Assembly: GCA_964252035.1 (NCBI GenBank) | Contig: OZ176201.1 | DNA: 64,000 nucleotides | Source of the DNA: Podarcis erhardii | Taxonomy: Eukaryota | Direction: 5' to 3' (one strand) | Notes under the pieces: model-generated | What the model was told of the DNA's origin: nothing | The model's input: the letters and a program-made list of their open reading frames with translations, nothing else | Databases searched by the model: none | Part shown: positions 1-11,030 of the stretch, piece by piece | Layout of the letters: each line of letters begins with the position of its first letter | How positions within the stretch are numbered: position 1 is the first letter of the stretch | Position numbers and translations under genes: made by a program

Positions 1-297
1 GTGTGCTGCTGCTGCTGCTGTCATCCTGTTATAGCGTGTGAATATCCCTTTGGTGAAGTTGGAATAGCGCTAGAAGCAGTAACAGGGCTTCCCTCAACAA
101 GGATTCAAATTTTTCATCAGTGAAAAATCTCCTTTGAGATGTTCCCCAGAGCAGTGCTGAGGAACTGGGGGCCTTCCATGCAGCTATTTATTGTGGACTT
201 GGTGCTGCTCATAAATGCACAGGCTTTTTGCAGCATGCATACATCGTCCTCATCCAAATGCTGTCTCGTGTGTGGTTTTAATTATCCAGGCAATTCA

Positions 298-442
298 AAT
301 CATAGAATTGTAGAGTTGTAAGGGACTACAAAGGTCATCTAGTCCATCGCCCCTAGATGCTGGAATCTTTTGCCGAATGTGGGGCTCGAACCCACGACCT
401 TGAGATTAAGAGTCTCATGCTCTACCGGCAGAGCTACCTCAG
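298..442 (-). mobile_element. tRNA-Lys(CTT)-derived SINE with CR1-type 3' tail (P.s.1/SINE-like)
   Basis: Minus strand reads TAGCTCTGCCGGTAGAGCATGAGACTCTTAATCTCAAGGTCGTGGGTTCGAGCCCCACATTCGGC, then a CR1-like end ...CCCTTACAACTCTACAATTCTATGAT. The acceptor stem does not pair. Confidence 0.85.
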
Positions 443-701
443 GCCTGGATAATTGGCCTAGATGGGGGAGAGGGAACAGAAGGGGCTTCAGGATCCGTTC
501 TGTGTGTCTGCAGGGCAGGTTACTTGCGATCTTCAGAATTATGAAACTATGGCCATGTCCTGATTTGTGCCTCATGGTGGTTTATCCCCCCACCCTACCC
601 CCACCCGCTTGATGCAGTTTCTTGTGTTTGTGTGTGTCATGCATGCCTGGCAGATGCTCATCTCAGTGCAGCCCTGGCTGAGTGCCCTTGTCTATTCGTA
701 G

Positions 702-856
702 GCATTCTCTGCGGCTGGCAAGCCTGCCGGCCTTCCTCCCCAATGACTCCAGCAAAAAGAGGCTCATTGAGGACACAGAGGACTGGCGACCGCGGACGGG
801 CACAACCCAGTCCCGTTCTTTCCGTATCCTGGCCCATCTGACAGGCACGGAATTCA
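702..856 (+). CDS. PDLIM7: PDLIM7 internal exon (ZM/ZASP-like motif region)
   Basis: Acceptor tctattcgtag|g, donor ttca|gtaagt. Encodes [51 protein letters not shown] (phase 2 to 1). The exact 5' boundary is less certain than the 3' one. Confidence 0.9.
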
Positions 857-3778
857 GTAAGTGCCTCCCTCCCAGGGGGAGCCACTCCAGGTTGGGGGTG
901 TTGTTGAGAGCTGGCTAGCTGGCTGGCTCCAGCCTGGGAAGTGGCAGGGAGTCACAAGGCATTTGGTGCCACTGGCGACAAGGCAAAGGTTGCAGAGGCA
1001 CCTGAGCTTGTTCTGGGACAGCTCTGGTCACCTTCCACAAGCATTCTGGACCTGGGCCAGTTTGGGAGGGCTCTGCTGGCAGATTGTCCTACAGCAAGTC
1101 CCAGGAGGATCCTCTCTCTCTCTTTCGCTCTTCCACTTGTGATGCTCTGCTGACCTCATTCAGTCTATCTCTGCTCTGCAAAGAGCTCTGCAGGCACCTC
1201 ATTCTGTTTCCCGCTCATTATTGTTGATGCCCAGGCCCTGTATCCTCCAGGGAATGTTCTTATTTTGTGCCTAGTCTCTCCCTGCCCACCCCCCCTCCAA
1301 AAACAAAAAAAAATCCACTTCTCTTCTCAGAAAACTAAAACAGCTTGACTGGCTCAGACCATGATATTCTCTTTCTCCTTTTCCCGCTGCCAGTGCAAGA
1401 CCCGGATGATGAGCATGTTAGGAAAGCCAGGTAAGAAGGTCCCTTTGATAGGGCCAGGAGAGTCAGTGGGTTTCCACCTGACTTCTCCCCACTCCCAAAG
1501 TGCCAGGGGCTGGGAGCTGAAAGTGCAGAGTCCAGACTCGCTCCTAAGCTTTGGCAGACACCCAGGGCCACTGTCCCATTCCCATCTGTCTGGGGCGGAG
1601 GGGATGAAAGCCTTCTTCCCACCTTGTTCTGGTTCCCTTGACCTTGCATGCCTGGTATGCCCTTCTGGTTTTCTCCTTCTCGGTCTCTGCTTTCTCCTCC
1701 CATCTCTTCCTTGTGTCTCTTTCTCTTTCTCTCTCCCCTCCCAGAGAAAAGTTTGTCTCGGAGCTTCAGAGCCCCCGTTACACTCGCCTGCGCGACTGGC
1801 ACCACCAGCGATCGGCTACCTCTCTGAACGTGCTCTCCTAGGCTGCCTGCGATGGGCCGGCCTTTCTCTTCTCGACTCCGCTCTTCTCTATTGCATGCCG
1901 ATGTGAATGGGAAGGGCGTGTTTCTGTCTGTCTCCTTCTAACTGGTTGAACAAAACTTTTAAAAAGCAAAACAATCCCCCTCCCCCCCCCAAACCCCCCA
2001 CTAGAAATCCACAGCAACTCCTGGAAACGTAGCAACTGAACTGTGTTGGGGAACGACTTGAGCAGGGCGGAACCTGAGAATAGTCAGGAGTCTTCCACAT
2101 TGGTGGCTGCTTCTCTTTGAGCTTCATGTCACACCTCCAGCTGTGGAGGGGATGGAAGAGGGTTCATGTTGTTGGGCAGGAAGCTTGACTCTCCCAACTC
2201 TAAGCAAGATGCTCTGGTACTACCAGGAAGCTGTTTCTGAACTGTGTTTTCTCTTCCCTGACTGAAGAGATGTTGGCTGTGGAGACCTCTGTATGCTCCT
2301 TTCTGGCCTTCATACTGAACCAAGGAGGCGGGGGGGGGGGGAAGGGAAGGTTCTACCCAATGCAATATGGCATTGCACTGAGACCTCTTTCCTTTGGGAC
2401 CTGCCGCGTTGAATGAGCTGCCAGTGCTCTTCTTCCTGGCCGAGCATTTCAGAGAGAGGGAAGAGAGGGAAGTCGTTTCCTGACATTCATATCTGGAAGG
2501 GCTCCTTTTCAACCCTCCTTGGCTGCATGGGATTTTTTAAAAACACTGTTCTTGGTAGTGGCTGATCGTCCCCTTCCCTCCTTTGTCCACTGTTGAGTGC
2601 TGTTTCTCAACCCATAAAACTTCTTCTCCTAACAGGCCTCTCCATTTTATTTTGCCAGTGAATGGTGAATGCACATGCCCTTAGCCCCTGGTCCTTTCCC
2701 CATCATTGTTCTATGAGTGGCTGGTTGTGGCTGCCACTTTGAGGAAATGGCAAGCATTCCTCTTCTAGATGCCTGATAAGGTCATGAAGGCTTGCAGAAC
2801 TTGCCCACCCACAACGCTGTGATAGAGGGATTCCTTCTCTTCCCCAACCCCTCAATGGTTATTAGACTTGTCCTCCTTGCACTTGATTAACTCCATTATA
2901 CCTCAGTTTTTCCAAAGGCTCTCTGATTTGGACAAGACTTAATATGGCTGCTTGTGTTGGGCTTGGAAAAAAAACCCTAGGGACTGGGACTTCTGGCTCT
3001 TCAGGTAACCTGCTTCTACAGCAGGCAAGTCCTGTTGCTCGGTGGAGGAAATGCTGTGTGCCCCTTTCTCTAGAAAGAGTGTGTAATCATTGTTTTGACT
3101 GCAGGCATGACACTAATTCAGCTGCTATATCTGTATGGTGCTGTAATCCACCCACCCCCTGAGCTGCCTGGAGCCGATGCCCAGGCAGGGGTTTGCAATC
3201 TAGTTGGAGGCTGGCTTTACTACCTTTCATTTTGTAGTAAAATAAATGCTCCTATTCTCGTAACTGGCTCCTGTCTTTCTTTCCTTTCCTTTTTAATCTA
3301 TGCACACCTGAAGTAGGGAGGCTGTGTTCTTTCTTAGAGAGACGACTTGTTTTCCAGCTGAGCATAAACCCAGCTGTCCTCTGTAAGGTTGTTTGGGAAG
3401 CTGAGCAAAGATGCAATGCCTTTGCCCACCAATGACTTTGGGGTGCTTTTGTGCCCTGGTTTTCTTCTGGGAGCAGGAGCCTGACTGGCAGGCCAGCACT
3501 GAGTTCTCTCTCCTTTTCTTAATACTCTTAATTCCTTGGGATAAATATGGGGGATTGTGAACTTCTCATCCCAGGCCCACATCACAGGACAGCAGGCAAG
3601 GACCAGGGTGGTGAGACAGGAGACTGCCTGGATCTCACCACCTCTGCCTGCATGATGCACTGAAACAGCTGTTATAGTAATTTACTATACTCTTTTTCTT
3701 CTTCTGTTGATTGCACCTTAGGAAGAGTCCTTGGATAGGTTGGATGAGATGTAACATGCACAATGGAATTAATTAATG

Positions 3779-3829
<51 letters not shown>

Positions 3830-6800
3830 CTTTAGTCTGCAACAAGCCTTGTGTGCAGAATCCGTTTGCTCCTGTCTGGGATAATCACATAGTGCAGCTC
3901 TTGATGAGCTGTATCCTTTCTCATTGCAGGTGGAGAATCTCAGGTTAGAATATTTTCCCTGCTACCCTTGTGTCAGACACTTAGAAAATGAGCACAATGA
4001 GAAGAGAGAGCCTAGTCTACCCTTTCCCGACAAGATTGCTGCTTCCTATGTACAGGAAGGAGGTGGTGTGGGGGAATAGGTGTACCCTGTGCCCCTGCTT
4101 GGTCTCTTCTTCCAGCCTCTCAACTGGTTGTCCAAGGGGACCTCGGAAGGGGGAAGGAAGGGGTTCAACAACGGCAGGCTTTATTTCTCTTCCATTTTCA
4201 AGCTTGCACTTGGAACAGCTCAAGACACCCTTCTCCTTTATTTGCAGCTCCCCAAACCCCACACATCTCCCATTCTCCTCCCCGCCTCCTTCCTTGTACA
4301 TAGGCTTCTACTCCTGAACAGACTGTAGTTTCTTGCTCTGGGCTAGGAGTGTTTGAGTCTCCTCAACTGACTGCCTACACAGCTGGGCTGCTGTTCCTGC
4401 CATATCACCAGGTTCCCCCTCTGATCTTCACACTCTTCCCCTGCCATGGATCTCATTCTTGCATCATGTGACCTTGGAAGTTATTCTGAAGCCCACACTT
4501 CTTTTGATGGTTCATCTTGAAGCCATAGGGCTCTCTCCCAAGTGAAAAGCCTTGAATATGTGGGGTGAGTAGCATGGTCCTGTTGCCCTGAGCTAGATGG
4601 CCTTGGGGCAATAGGCTCTCTCCCTGGGACCAAGTTGAGGTGTCATTTGTTGGAGCCCTATGTGAGGCGACCTGTCTGTGGGTGTGCTTCATGCCCCTAA
4701 TATGACGTTGTCTACACCGCACCCCCCGACACACCACATAAACCCTTTGAAATATTTAAAAGGGTCTTGTAGAGAAGAGGACCTTCATGGTAACCTTCAG
4801 AGGAAAGAATGGGAAGCAAAATGTTTACTGCAAGAAGGTAGGGTTGGGGTTAAACATATGGAAAAGCTCCTACCTGAAGCTTTAAGGAAGTGATTTAGCA
4901 GGCAGCACAAGACGGCTAAGGAGCTGATTGGGGCACCTTGGCCTTTCCGTGCTTTCCAGCAAAGTTCCAGCAGGCCTCTGACAGCACAAAACTCTGGACT
5001 CCCATTGGAACAGGTGGTGGAATTTGGCGGATGTGAGAGAGAGAACAGCATGTCTTTCTAGTTTGCTGTCTTGTGTGAATCTTATGCCAAGAGATGAGCA
5101 CACAGCCCCTCAGGTTTCTGCGGATGCCAGCTACTAGTGCTGAGCTGTGTGTCCGATTGCAAAACAGGCAAATTGCTCCCACTGTTACTCCCTGGCCACA
5201 AGTGCATTTCGTGGTTGATAACGCCTCGTGTCCTTTTTCTGCGGCATCACCTGTCTCGCCACAGGAAGCTGATCATAGAATTGTAGAGGTGGAAGGGACC
5301 ACAAGGCTCACCTAGTCCAACCCCCTGCAATGCAGGGATATTTTGCCCAATGTCCACGACCCTGAGATTCTTCTGCCCAACGTGGGGCTCCAACCCATGA
5401 CCCCAAGCTTAAGAGTCTCATGCTGTACTGACTTAGCTATCTCAGCTGCCTTATACTGAGGTCTAACTCTTGGTCTATTGAGCTCAGTATTATCTTTGCC
5501 GACTGGCAGCAACTCTCCAGGAGTTTCAGACAGAGAATCTTTTCTGCCCCTTGCCTGCAGATGCTGGTCAACTGAGCCTGGGACCTTGCTGCCTGCAAAG
5601 CAGATATTGTACCCCTGAGCTAAGGCCTGTTCCTCTAATGCAGACCTGCCCTGCAGCCTGGGGCTGGGAGGCTTTGAAAGGCTGTGCTGTTCCTTCATGC
5701 TGATATTATCACAGTGCTTGTCCTCACACCATTGCCCAGTTCGGGATCATAGGAACTGCCCCAGGTATGCCAGGAAAGCAGGCACTTGCTGTGCACAAGG
5801 AAAGGAACACTTCCTTAAATGAATCCTGCCTTCCGTTTTCCATCTGCCTCTGACCTGGCTATGCTGTACAGTTAACAGGAATGCTTTTGGTGCTCCTGTG
5901 CAGAACCTGCTCTGGTGTCCTACTTTTTTTTTAGGAGAGCAAACCAGGCCCAGGAGTCTTTGTTCTTTATCCTCCATCCATGCAGGTGGTGGCTGCGGTC
6001 ATTGTGCTTGAGAGGACAGCATGATGCATGTCCTCTCCTCCTCCAGGACTTGTTTGAACTCCTCCTTTAGAGAAGGGAAGATGAATGCTCCCTCTGCACA
6101 TAAACGAGGAGAATGTCTTTTGTGTTGGCTTGTCCTCGCATCCTCGGCAACAGGCTTTGTAGCCTGGGCTTAGCATAATAGGACCTGTTTCTTCTTAATG
6201 CTGGTCACTCTGGGCAGCAAAACCACCAGCCAATAGGGGTCACTGCTACACTGTGGGTATGGGCATATTTTGACTGCACACAATCTGCTCCAGTGATGCT
6301 CTTGTGTGTCCCCCAACTTCATTCTTCCAGTGAGCCCCTTGAGGTCTGTGAAAATATTAAAAACAGGTATCCCCAATACATTGACTTGCCATACCTGGGC
6401 CATGGTAGCAGCCTCTGCTGGAGTGGGTGGGTAATGGGCCCAGGTTGCCTGGAACTAATTGGTTATTCTGTAGCCAGGTCTCCATACCGGATCTGTCTTC
6501 TGCGCCAGCCTTGAAAGTGGAGCCTGGATATGGTAAGCTGGGAGCGCTGTGCATGCGATGAAACCTCTGGGCAGGAATGCTTGCTGGGGAAAGCTTTGCA
6601 TACTGGCACCTGGTATCTTCCACAGTGTCTACAGCAAAACCTGTTGTAGCTTCTCGCTGTGAAGCTGTGTTAGCTTTAAATTTTTGAATGTATGTGTGCA
6701 TGAAAATGAGCAGTGGCCAGTGGCCTTCCTTTGGGAAGGAGGGTCTGTCCACCCAAGTCCAAGGGCAGAGATTATGCCCAGTGAATTGCTCAGACCCTAG

Positions 6801-9800
6801 ATACAGTGCCAATGCATATGTCATGCAAGCTTCAGATCTTAAGTGGGTTGCTGTTTAGAGATAAAGTGCCATTGCCTTGTGTGTGACTGTTCCAGGCTCT
6901 GCTGCTCCGAAGCCTGCACCTGTCTCCGGCTCGGCCAGCCGCCCACCCTGGGCTGTGGATCCTTCCTTTGCTGAGCGGTATGCCCCAGATAAAACCAGCA
7001 CGGTCCTGAGCAAGCACAGCCAGCCGGCTACGCCAACGCCGATGCAGAACCGCAACTCCATTGTGCAGGCTGCGCAGCAAGCCCCTGAGAGTGCCGACAA
7101 AACACCCATCTGCTACCAGTGCAACAAGATAATCAGGTGAGAGTTGCAGCAGTGCAGAGGGATCGTTCTCCTCCTACCCCCCCCCAAATTATAGGAAGTG
7201 GTTTGTACACACGTACACCTGCACCTCACTTAGTCTGTTGCAGCCTGGAATACTGGCTTCTGGATGGGTGCACCGATTCCACCGATGGATATTGTGTGCA
7301 GAGGTGACCTGGAAGTTCGGTGCCTATACTTGCAGTGGCTTGTTCGCAAATGCGAGTCCCTTGCTTGATGTTGGCATGCTGCAATCATAATGTGCGGACC
7401 CACTGGCATAGCGTGAGTTGCCAGTGCCCAGGGCTGTGTGGAGGAAGGGAAATGGACGGACGACACACGGACATTCAACTGCCTAATGGCATCCGCATCA
7501 CCCAGGAGTTTGCAGCTGCAGAAATAAGAAAAGAGTTGTTCTGTTGTCTGGAGAGGTCACTTCCTGGTTTGCATGGAAAATCTGTTTTCAACAGAGTGCC
7601 AGCAACAGATGTGCGAAGTTGTATTGAGGCAGCACTGGGTGCTGAAATTTTGCACCCTGGGCAACCGTCCCCCATGCTATGCCGCTGTGCAAACCAGCCC
7701 TTGGAAGTGTTCCCTTCCATGTACTGTAGACTCATGCTTCAAAACAACAGGTAGAATTGTCTTCTGGCAATGGAAGGGGAAAGACCCTGGTCACCTGTCC
7801 TTTCCCCCAATAGGCAAGAGGCCAGGCTCATCACCCACCTCAAAGCTAACCCTTCCTCTTTTTGTTTTTCCACCAGAGGGCGCTACCTGGTGGCCCTTGG
7901 ACGCTACTATCACCCTGAGGAGTTCACTTGCTCGCAGTGCAGGAAGGTGCTGGACGAGGGCGGGTTTTTTGAGGAGAAGGGCTCCATCTTCTGCCCCAAG
8001 TGCTATGACATACGCTACGCCCCCAACTGTGCCAAGTGCAAGAAGAAGATCACAGGGGTGAGTTTGGTTGGAGCGCAGCCTTCGGGGAATCAGGCCTACT
8101 CTCAAGCATGCTGAGTCGGGGGGGGGGGCGGAATCTGTGCACTCCAAGTGGTTCTGAACTCCGACTCCCATCATCCTTCACTATTGGCTGTGTTGGCTGA
8201 GGCTGATGGGAGTTGGAGTCAGGCAACCTCTAGAGAGTCGCAGGTCCCACATCCCTGATGTTGAGATTTCCATTGCTTAGAAGGAGGCAGCCATTGCTGT
8301 TAGCCCTTTCCACTCAGGGGTGATCCTCTCTAGTTCCTTATGTTAACTCAAGGGCTGATGCTTTAAAGCAGGGCTGGGGGACCTCTGGCTGGCCTGTGGG
8401 GCCATTTCTCCCCAACCATGCTTGTGGGTCCCCCATGTGTGGGGCTGGTCTCTGCACAAAGCAGTTTTACCAGCCCTGTGGGTTCCTGAACTGCAACTCT
8501 GAAGTGGCAGACAACCAGCTAGCTATTAAGTGCTTGGGAAATGCTGCTCAATGGACTTTGACTGGTGTGTTGTCCTACTCACCTGTCACAGCTGACCCTT
8601 GGAGGTGTGGACAGATAAGGATCTGGACAACTGAGCCAAAAAAGTTCCCCACGCCTGCTCTTGCCATATAGTACAAGCCTGATAGACTTGTCTTGGTACT
8701 ATATTTGAGGCTGGGGACTCCCAGACTCTGGCCTGCTCCAGAGAGCAAACATAGCACAGCAATGAGCACGAGCTGGAACTCTGTTTCAAATCTCATATTA
8801 GTCATGAACTCACTTGGCAGGCTAGAGCAACCTGCTCTGTATTCCGGCCTTCTTCACCCTCCCCAAATCTGTGGAGGCTAAATCCTGGCCTCCCCTACCA
8901 GGTTGTTGGGATGGTTGAAATAATGTATGGCTGGCATGTGGAAAGTTCAGTATTGCCTATGTAGTGTGCTGTCTAAATACCCTGCATTGTTGGCAAAGGA
9001 CAGCCGTACAGTAGAGTGACTCGCGTTCTTGTGTTTCTTTAGGAAATTATGCATGCCCTCAAGATGACCTGGCACGTACATTGCTTTATCTGTGCTGCCT
9101 GCAAAACGCCCATTCGCAATCGTGCCTTCTACATGGAAGAAGGGCAGCCCTACTGTGAGAGAGGTATGGATAATACTTGGCTGTGGTACCCACAAAGTAG
9201 TGGGTCTTTCTTAGAAGTCTTTTAGGTAGCCTTTAATTAACATTCTGGATTTATAAAATTGGAAGCATATGGGATGTCCCAAGCTCCCCCTGGAATGGGA
9301 GCAGCAGCCAGCACCAAAGCAGCCTTCCTTGGAAGAGGTGGGGGGATACCCCACAGAAACAGTTCCTAGTACTGACCTTCAGTGGCAGGGAGAGCTTGGG
9401 CAACAAAACACTTGCAATGGCGTCCTCCTCTGACCCTGGTCTGGCTGCCCCTTGGTAATGGTTGCCGGGCAGCGCCCGTTCTGCCAGGTTGCTATGGAGA
9501 TCAGTAGAGTAGTACCTGCATCACGTAAGCATGCAGCAAAGCATGCTGGGAAGTGTTGTTCTTTTCCTTTCATTCCAGTCCTGTAAACACAGCCCTCTCT
9601 TGGAATATTCCATTGGGAGGAGGTTTCTAGGGGGAGAAAGGCTTAACAAATGGAGTGGCTTCCCTCTCCACCCCCACATTATCTGATGCTGTGAAAGAAT
9701 CTGGAATTCTCCCAGATGAATGAACAGCTGCCTTTCATCATAAGCCGGGTGGGGTGTGCAGGGCTCTTAACAGCATGTGCAGCTTTGCTTGACATGGCTG

Positions 9801-11030
9801 GGACGGTTGTCTGCCATCTCTTCACAGAGTCTTTGGTCTTCCAGCCAGCCCAACAGGCTCCAGGGCAGCATCAGAGCATCTGTTGCTTAGCTCAGGAAGG
9901 GCTCTGGTCAGAGAAAAGCAAATACTGGGGAGAGGACAGGATTGTGGGACAGAAGCAAAGCTACAGAAACAGAAGGGAACCTAGAGCAGGAGCAGAGAAC
10001 TGTGGAGCAGAGGGGGGAAGGCACTGGTAGCTGAGATCACTGGGGCAGTAATCCAGACATTAGCAACCCAGTCTGTAGCTCTGTGGTAGAGTGTGTGCTT
10101 TAAATGCGAAAGGTCCCTGGTTCAATTCCTGGCATCTCCAGGTAGGGCCGGGGAGGACAGGACTCCTTGCCAGTTGATATACAGACAGGCTTGGTGTTAA
10201 GGCAAGTGCCTTTGATCCTAGCTGCTCTTTGAACATGGTTCTGCAATCAAAGCAGCCTCCCTTTGCCAAGCGGGTGAGTGGGATGGGTGGTGCTGTGGCA
10301 ATGGCTCATGTAAGCAGCGGCGCTCTTCTTCCTAGCTCGGCCTCCAGATTCTGAACACCTTGGGCCTAATCTCTCCTCCCCCTTCTCTCCCTGCCTCAAG
10401 ACTATGAGAAGATGTTTGGAACCAAATGCCGTGGCTGTGACTTCAAGATAGACGCTGGCGATCGATTCCTGGAGGCGCTGGGCTTCAGCTGGCATGACAC
10501 TTGCTTCGTCTGTGCGGTGAGCACCTCTTTCCACCACCTACCACTGGTCTAACTAACCCTTTCCAGCCTTTGCTCCAGGAGCATTCCATGATAGAGGGAC
10601 ATCGCTGGCAGGCAGGGGCAGCAATTTGCTAGCATGAAGCTTGTCAGATGTAGCTTCTGAGCTTGGCTTTTTCCCTGGGGGTGGAGCTGTCTGGTTTAAC
10701 CTTTCGTCCTTGCTTGCCTTTGTGGCAAGCACTCTCGGGTGCCTCCTGCTGACTGGCAATGCCTTGGGTCTAGCAGGGCAACGACTGTTGGGGGTGAAGC
10801 TGGGCAGCAGTGCATTGGGTGATTCCTGTGGCTTTGCCCTTCCTCTTTTGTCCCTGTGGATGAGCTGAAGTGGGTGGTGGGCCTGTGAGCGTGGAACTGA
10901 TGCTTGCCTCACTGAGTCCTTCCTCCCTTCCTTCCCCCCACAGATCTGCCAGATCAACTTGGAAGGAAAGACATTCTACTCTAAAAAGGATAAGCCCCTG
11001 TGCAAGAGCCATGCTTTCTCGCATGTGTGA
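702..11030 (+). CDS. PDLIM7: PDZ and LIM domain protein 7 (Enigma), 3' part; span of the spliced long-isoform CDS (5' PDZ exons lie upstream of the window)
   Basis: Exons 702-856, 1394-1430, 6474-6532, 6896-7136, 7877-8057, 9043-9163, 10401-10516 and 10944-11030 join in frame via GT-AG introns. They encode [20 protein letters not shown]...RPPWAVDP and three LIM domains ending ...KSHAFSHV*, matching PDLIM7 from memory. Confidence 0.96.
1394..1430 (+). CDS. PDLIM7: PDLIM7 37-nt exon [12 protein letters not shown]
   Basis: ctgccag|TG...GCCAG|gtaaga; phase 1 to 2; resembles human MQDPDEEHLKKS. Confidence 0.93.
1745..1841 (+). CDS. PDLIM7: PDLIM7 alternative terminal exon of the short, LIM-less isoform
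   Basis: About 85-nt pyrimidine tract then cccag|A. In frame with exon 1394-1430: [32 protein letters not shown]. Resembles the recalled human short-isoform C-terminus [32 protein letters not shown]. Confidence 0.9.
3241..3246 (+). terminator. Candidate polyA signal for the short PDLIM7 isoform
   Basis: First AATAAA I found downstream of the 1841 stop, followed by T-rich sequence. Usage is inferred. Confidence 0.5.
3781..3827. repeat. (CA)n microsatellite
   Basis: About 23 perfect units. Confidence 0.98.
5272..5446 (-). mobile_element. Second copy of the tRNA-Lys/CR1-tail SINE, with an internal partial duplication
   Basis: Shares the catagaattgtagag...ggaagggacc tail and the aagagtctcatgct...agctatctcagc head with the 298-442 copy. 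Confidence 0.82.
5447..5630 (-). mobile_element. tRNA-derived SINE (Squam3-like)
   Basis: Head tagctcagggg...ctgctttgcaggcagcaaggtcccagg and tail ...cagtataaggcagc on the - strand; similar to copies at 10071, 39255 and 57015. Confidence 0.75.
6474..6532 (+). CDS. PDLIM7: PDLIM7 59-nt exon (S)[19 protein letters not shown](G)
   Basis: ttattctgtag|CCAGGTC...GGATATG|gtaagc. Phase 2 to 1 is exactly what joins 1430 to 6896, and it starts like human SQVPRT. Not in the ORF track. Confidence 0.85.
6896..7136 (+). CDS. PDLIM7: PDLIM7 exon, Pro-rich linker to start of LIM1
   Basis: gttccag|GC...ATCAG|gtgaga. Encodes [35 protein letters not shown]...[11 protein letters not shown]. Confidence 0.96.
7877..8057 (+). 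CDS. PDLIM7: PDLIM7 exon, LIM1 to LIM2
   Basis: ttccaccag|A...ACAGGG|gtgagt. Encodes [21 protein letters not shown]...[10 protein letters not shown]. Confidence 0.97.
8115..8258. mobile_element. Palindromic hAT-type MITE, degenerate
   Basis: Core actcccatcatcc...gctgatgggagttggagtc; right end catccctg. Further degenerate copies at about 18503-18630, 28105-28240, 40475-40945 (split), 42825-42955 and 51765-51865. Confidence 0.65.
9043..9163 (+). CDS. PDLIM7: PDLIM7 exon, LIM2
   Basis: tttctttag|GAA...AGAG|gtatgg. Encodes [40 protein letters not shown]. Confidence 0.97.
10071..10205 (+). mobile_element. Squam3-like tRNA-derived SINE
   Basis: gtagctctgtggtagag (A box), ggttcaattcctggcatctccaggtaggg (B box plus body). 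Confidence 0.75.
10401..10516 (+). CDS. PDLIM7: PDLIM7 exon, LIM3
   Basis: cctcaag|AC...TGTGCG|gtgagc. Encodes [39 protein letters not shown]. Confidence 0.97.
10944..11030 (+). CDS. PDLIM7: PDLIM7 last coding exon
   Basis: cccacag|ATC...GTG TGA. Encodes [28 protein letters not shown]. Confidence 0.97.

Noticed and set aside
371-442. Functional tRNA-Lys(CTT) gene
   Set aside because: The acceptor stem cannot pair, the sequence is fused to a CR1-type tail, and a second copy with the same structure exists at 5272. It is a SINE head.
2636-2664. 29-nt pseudo-exon (cctaacag|...AATG|gtgaat) with the same phases as PDLIM7 exon 6474-6532
   Set aside because: The peptide PLHFILPVN has no resemblance to PDLIM7, the donor is mediocre, and it lies in the presumed short-isoform 3'UTR. 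Junction reads would be needed to revive it.
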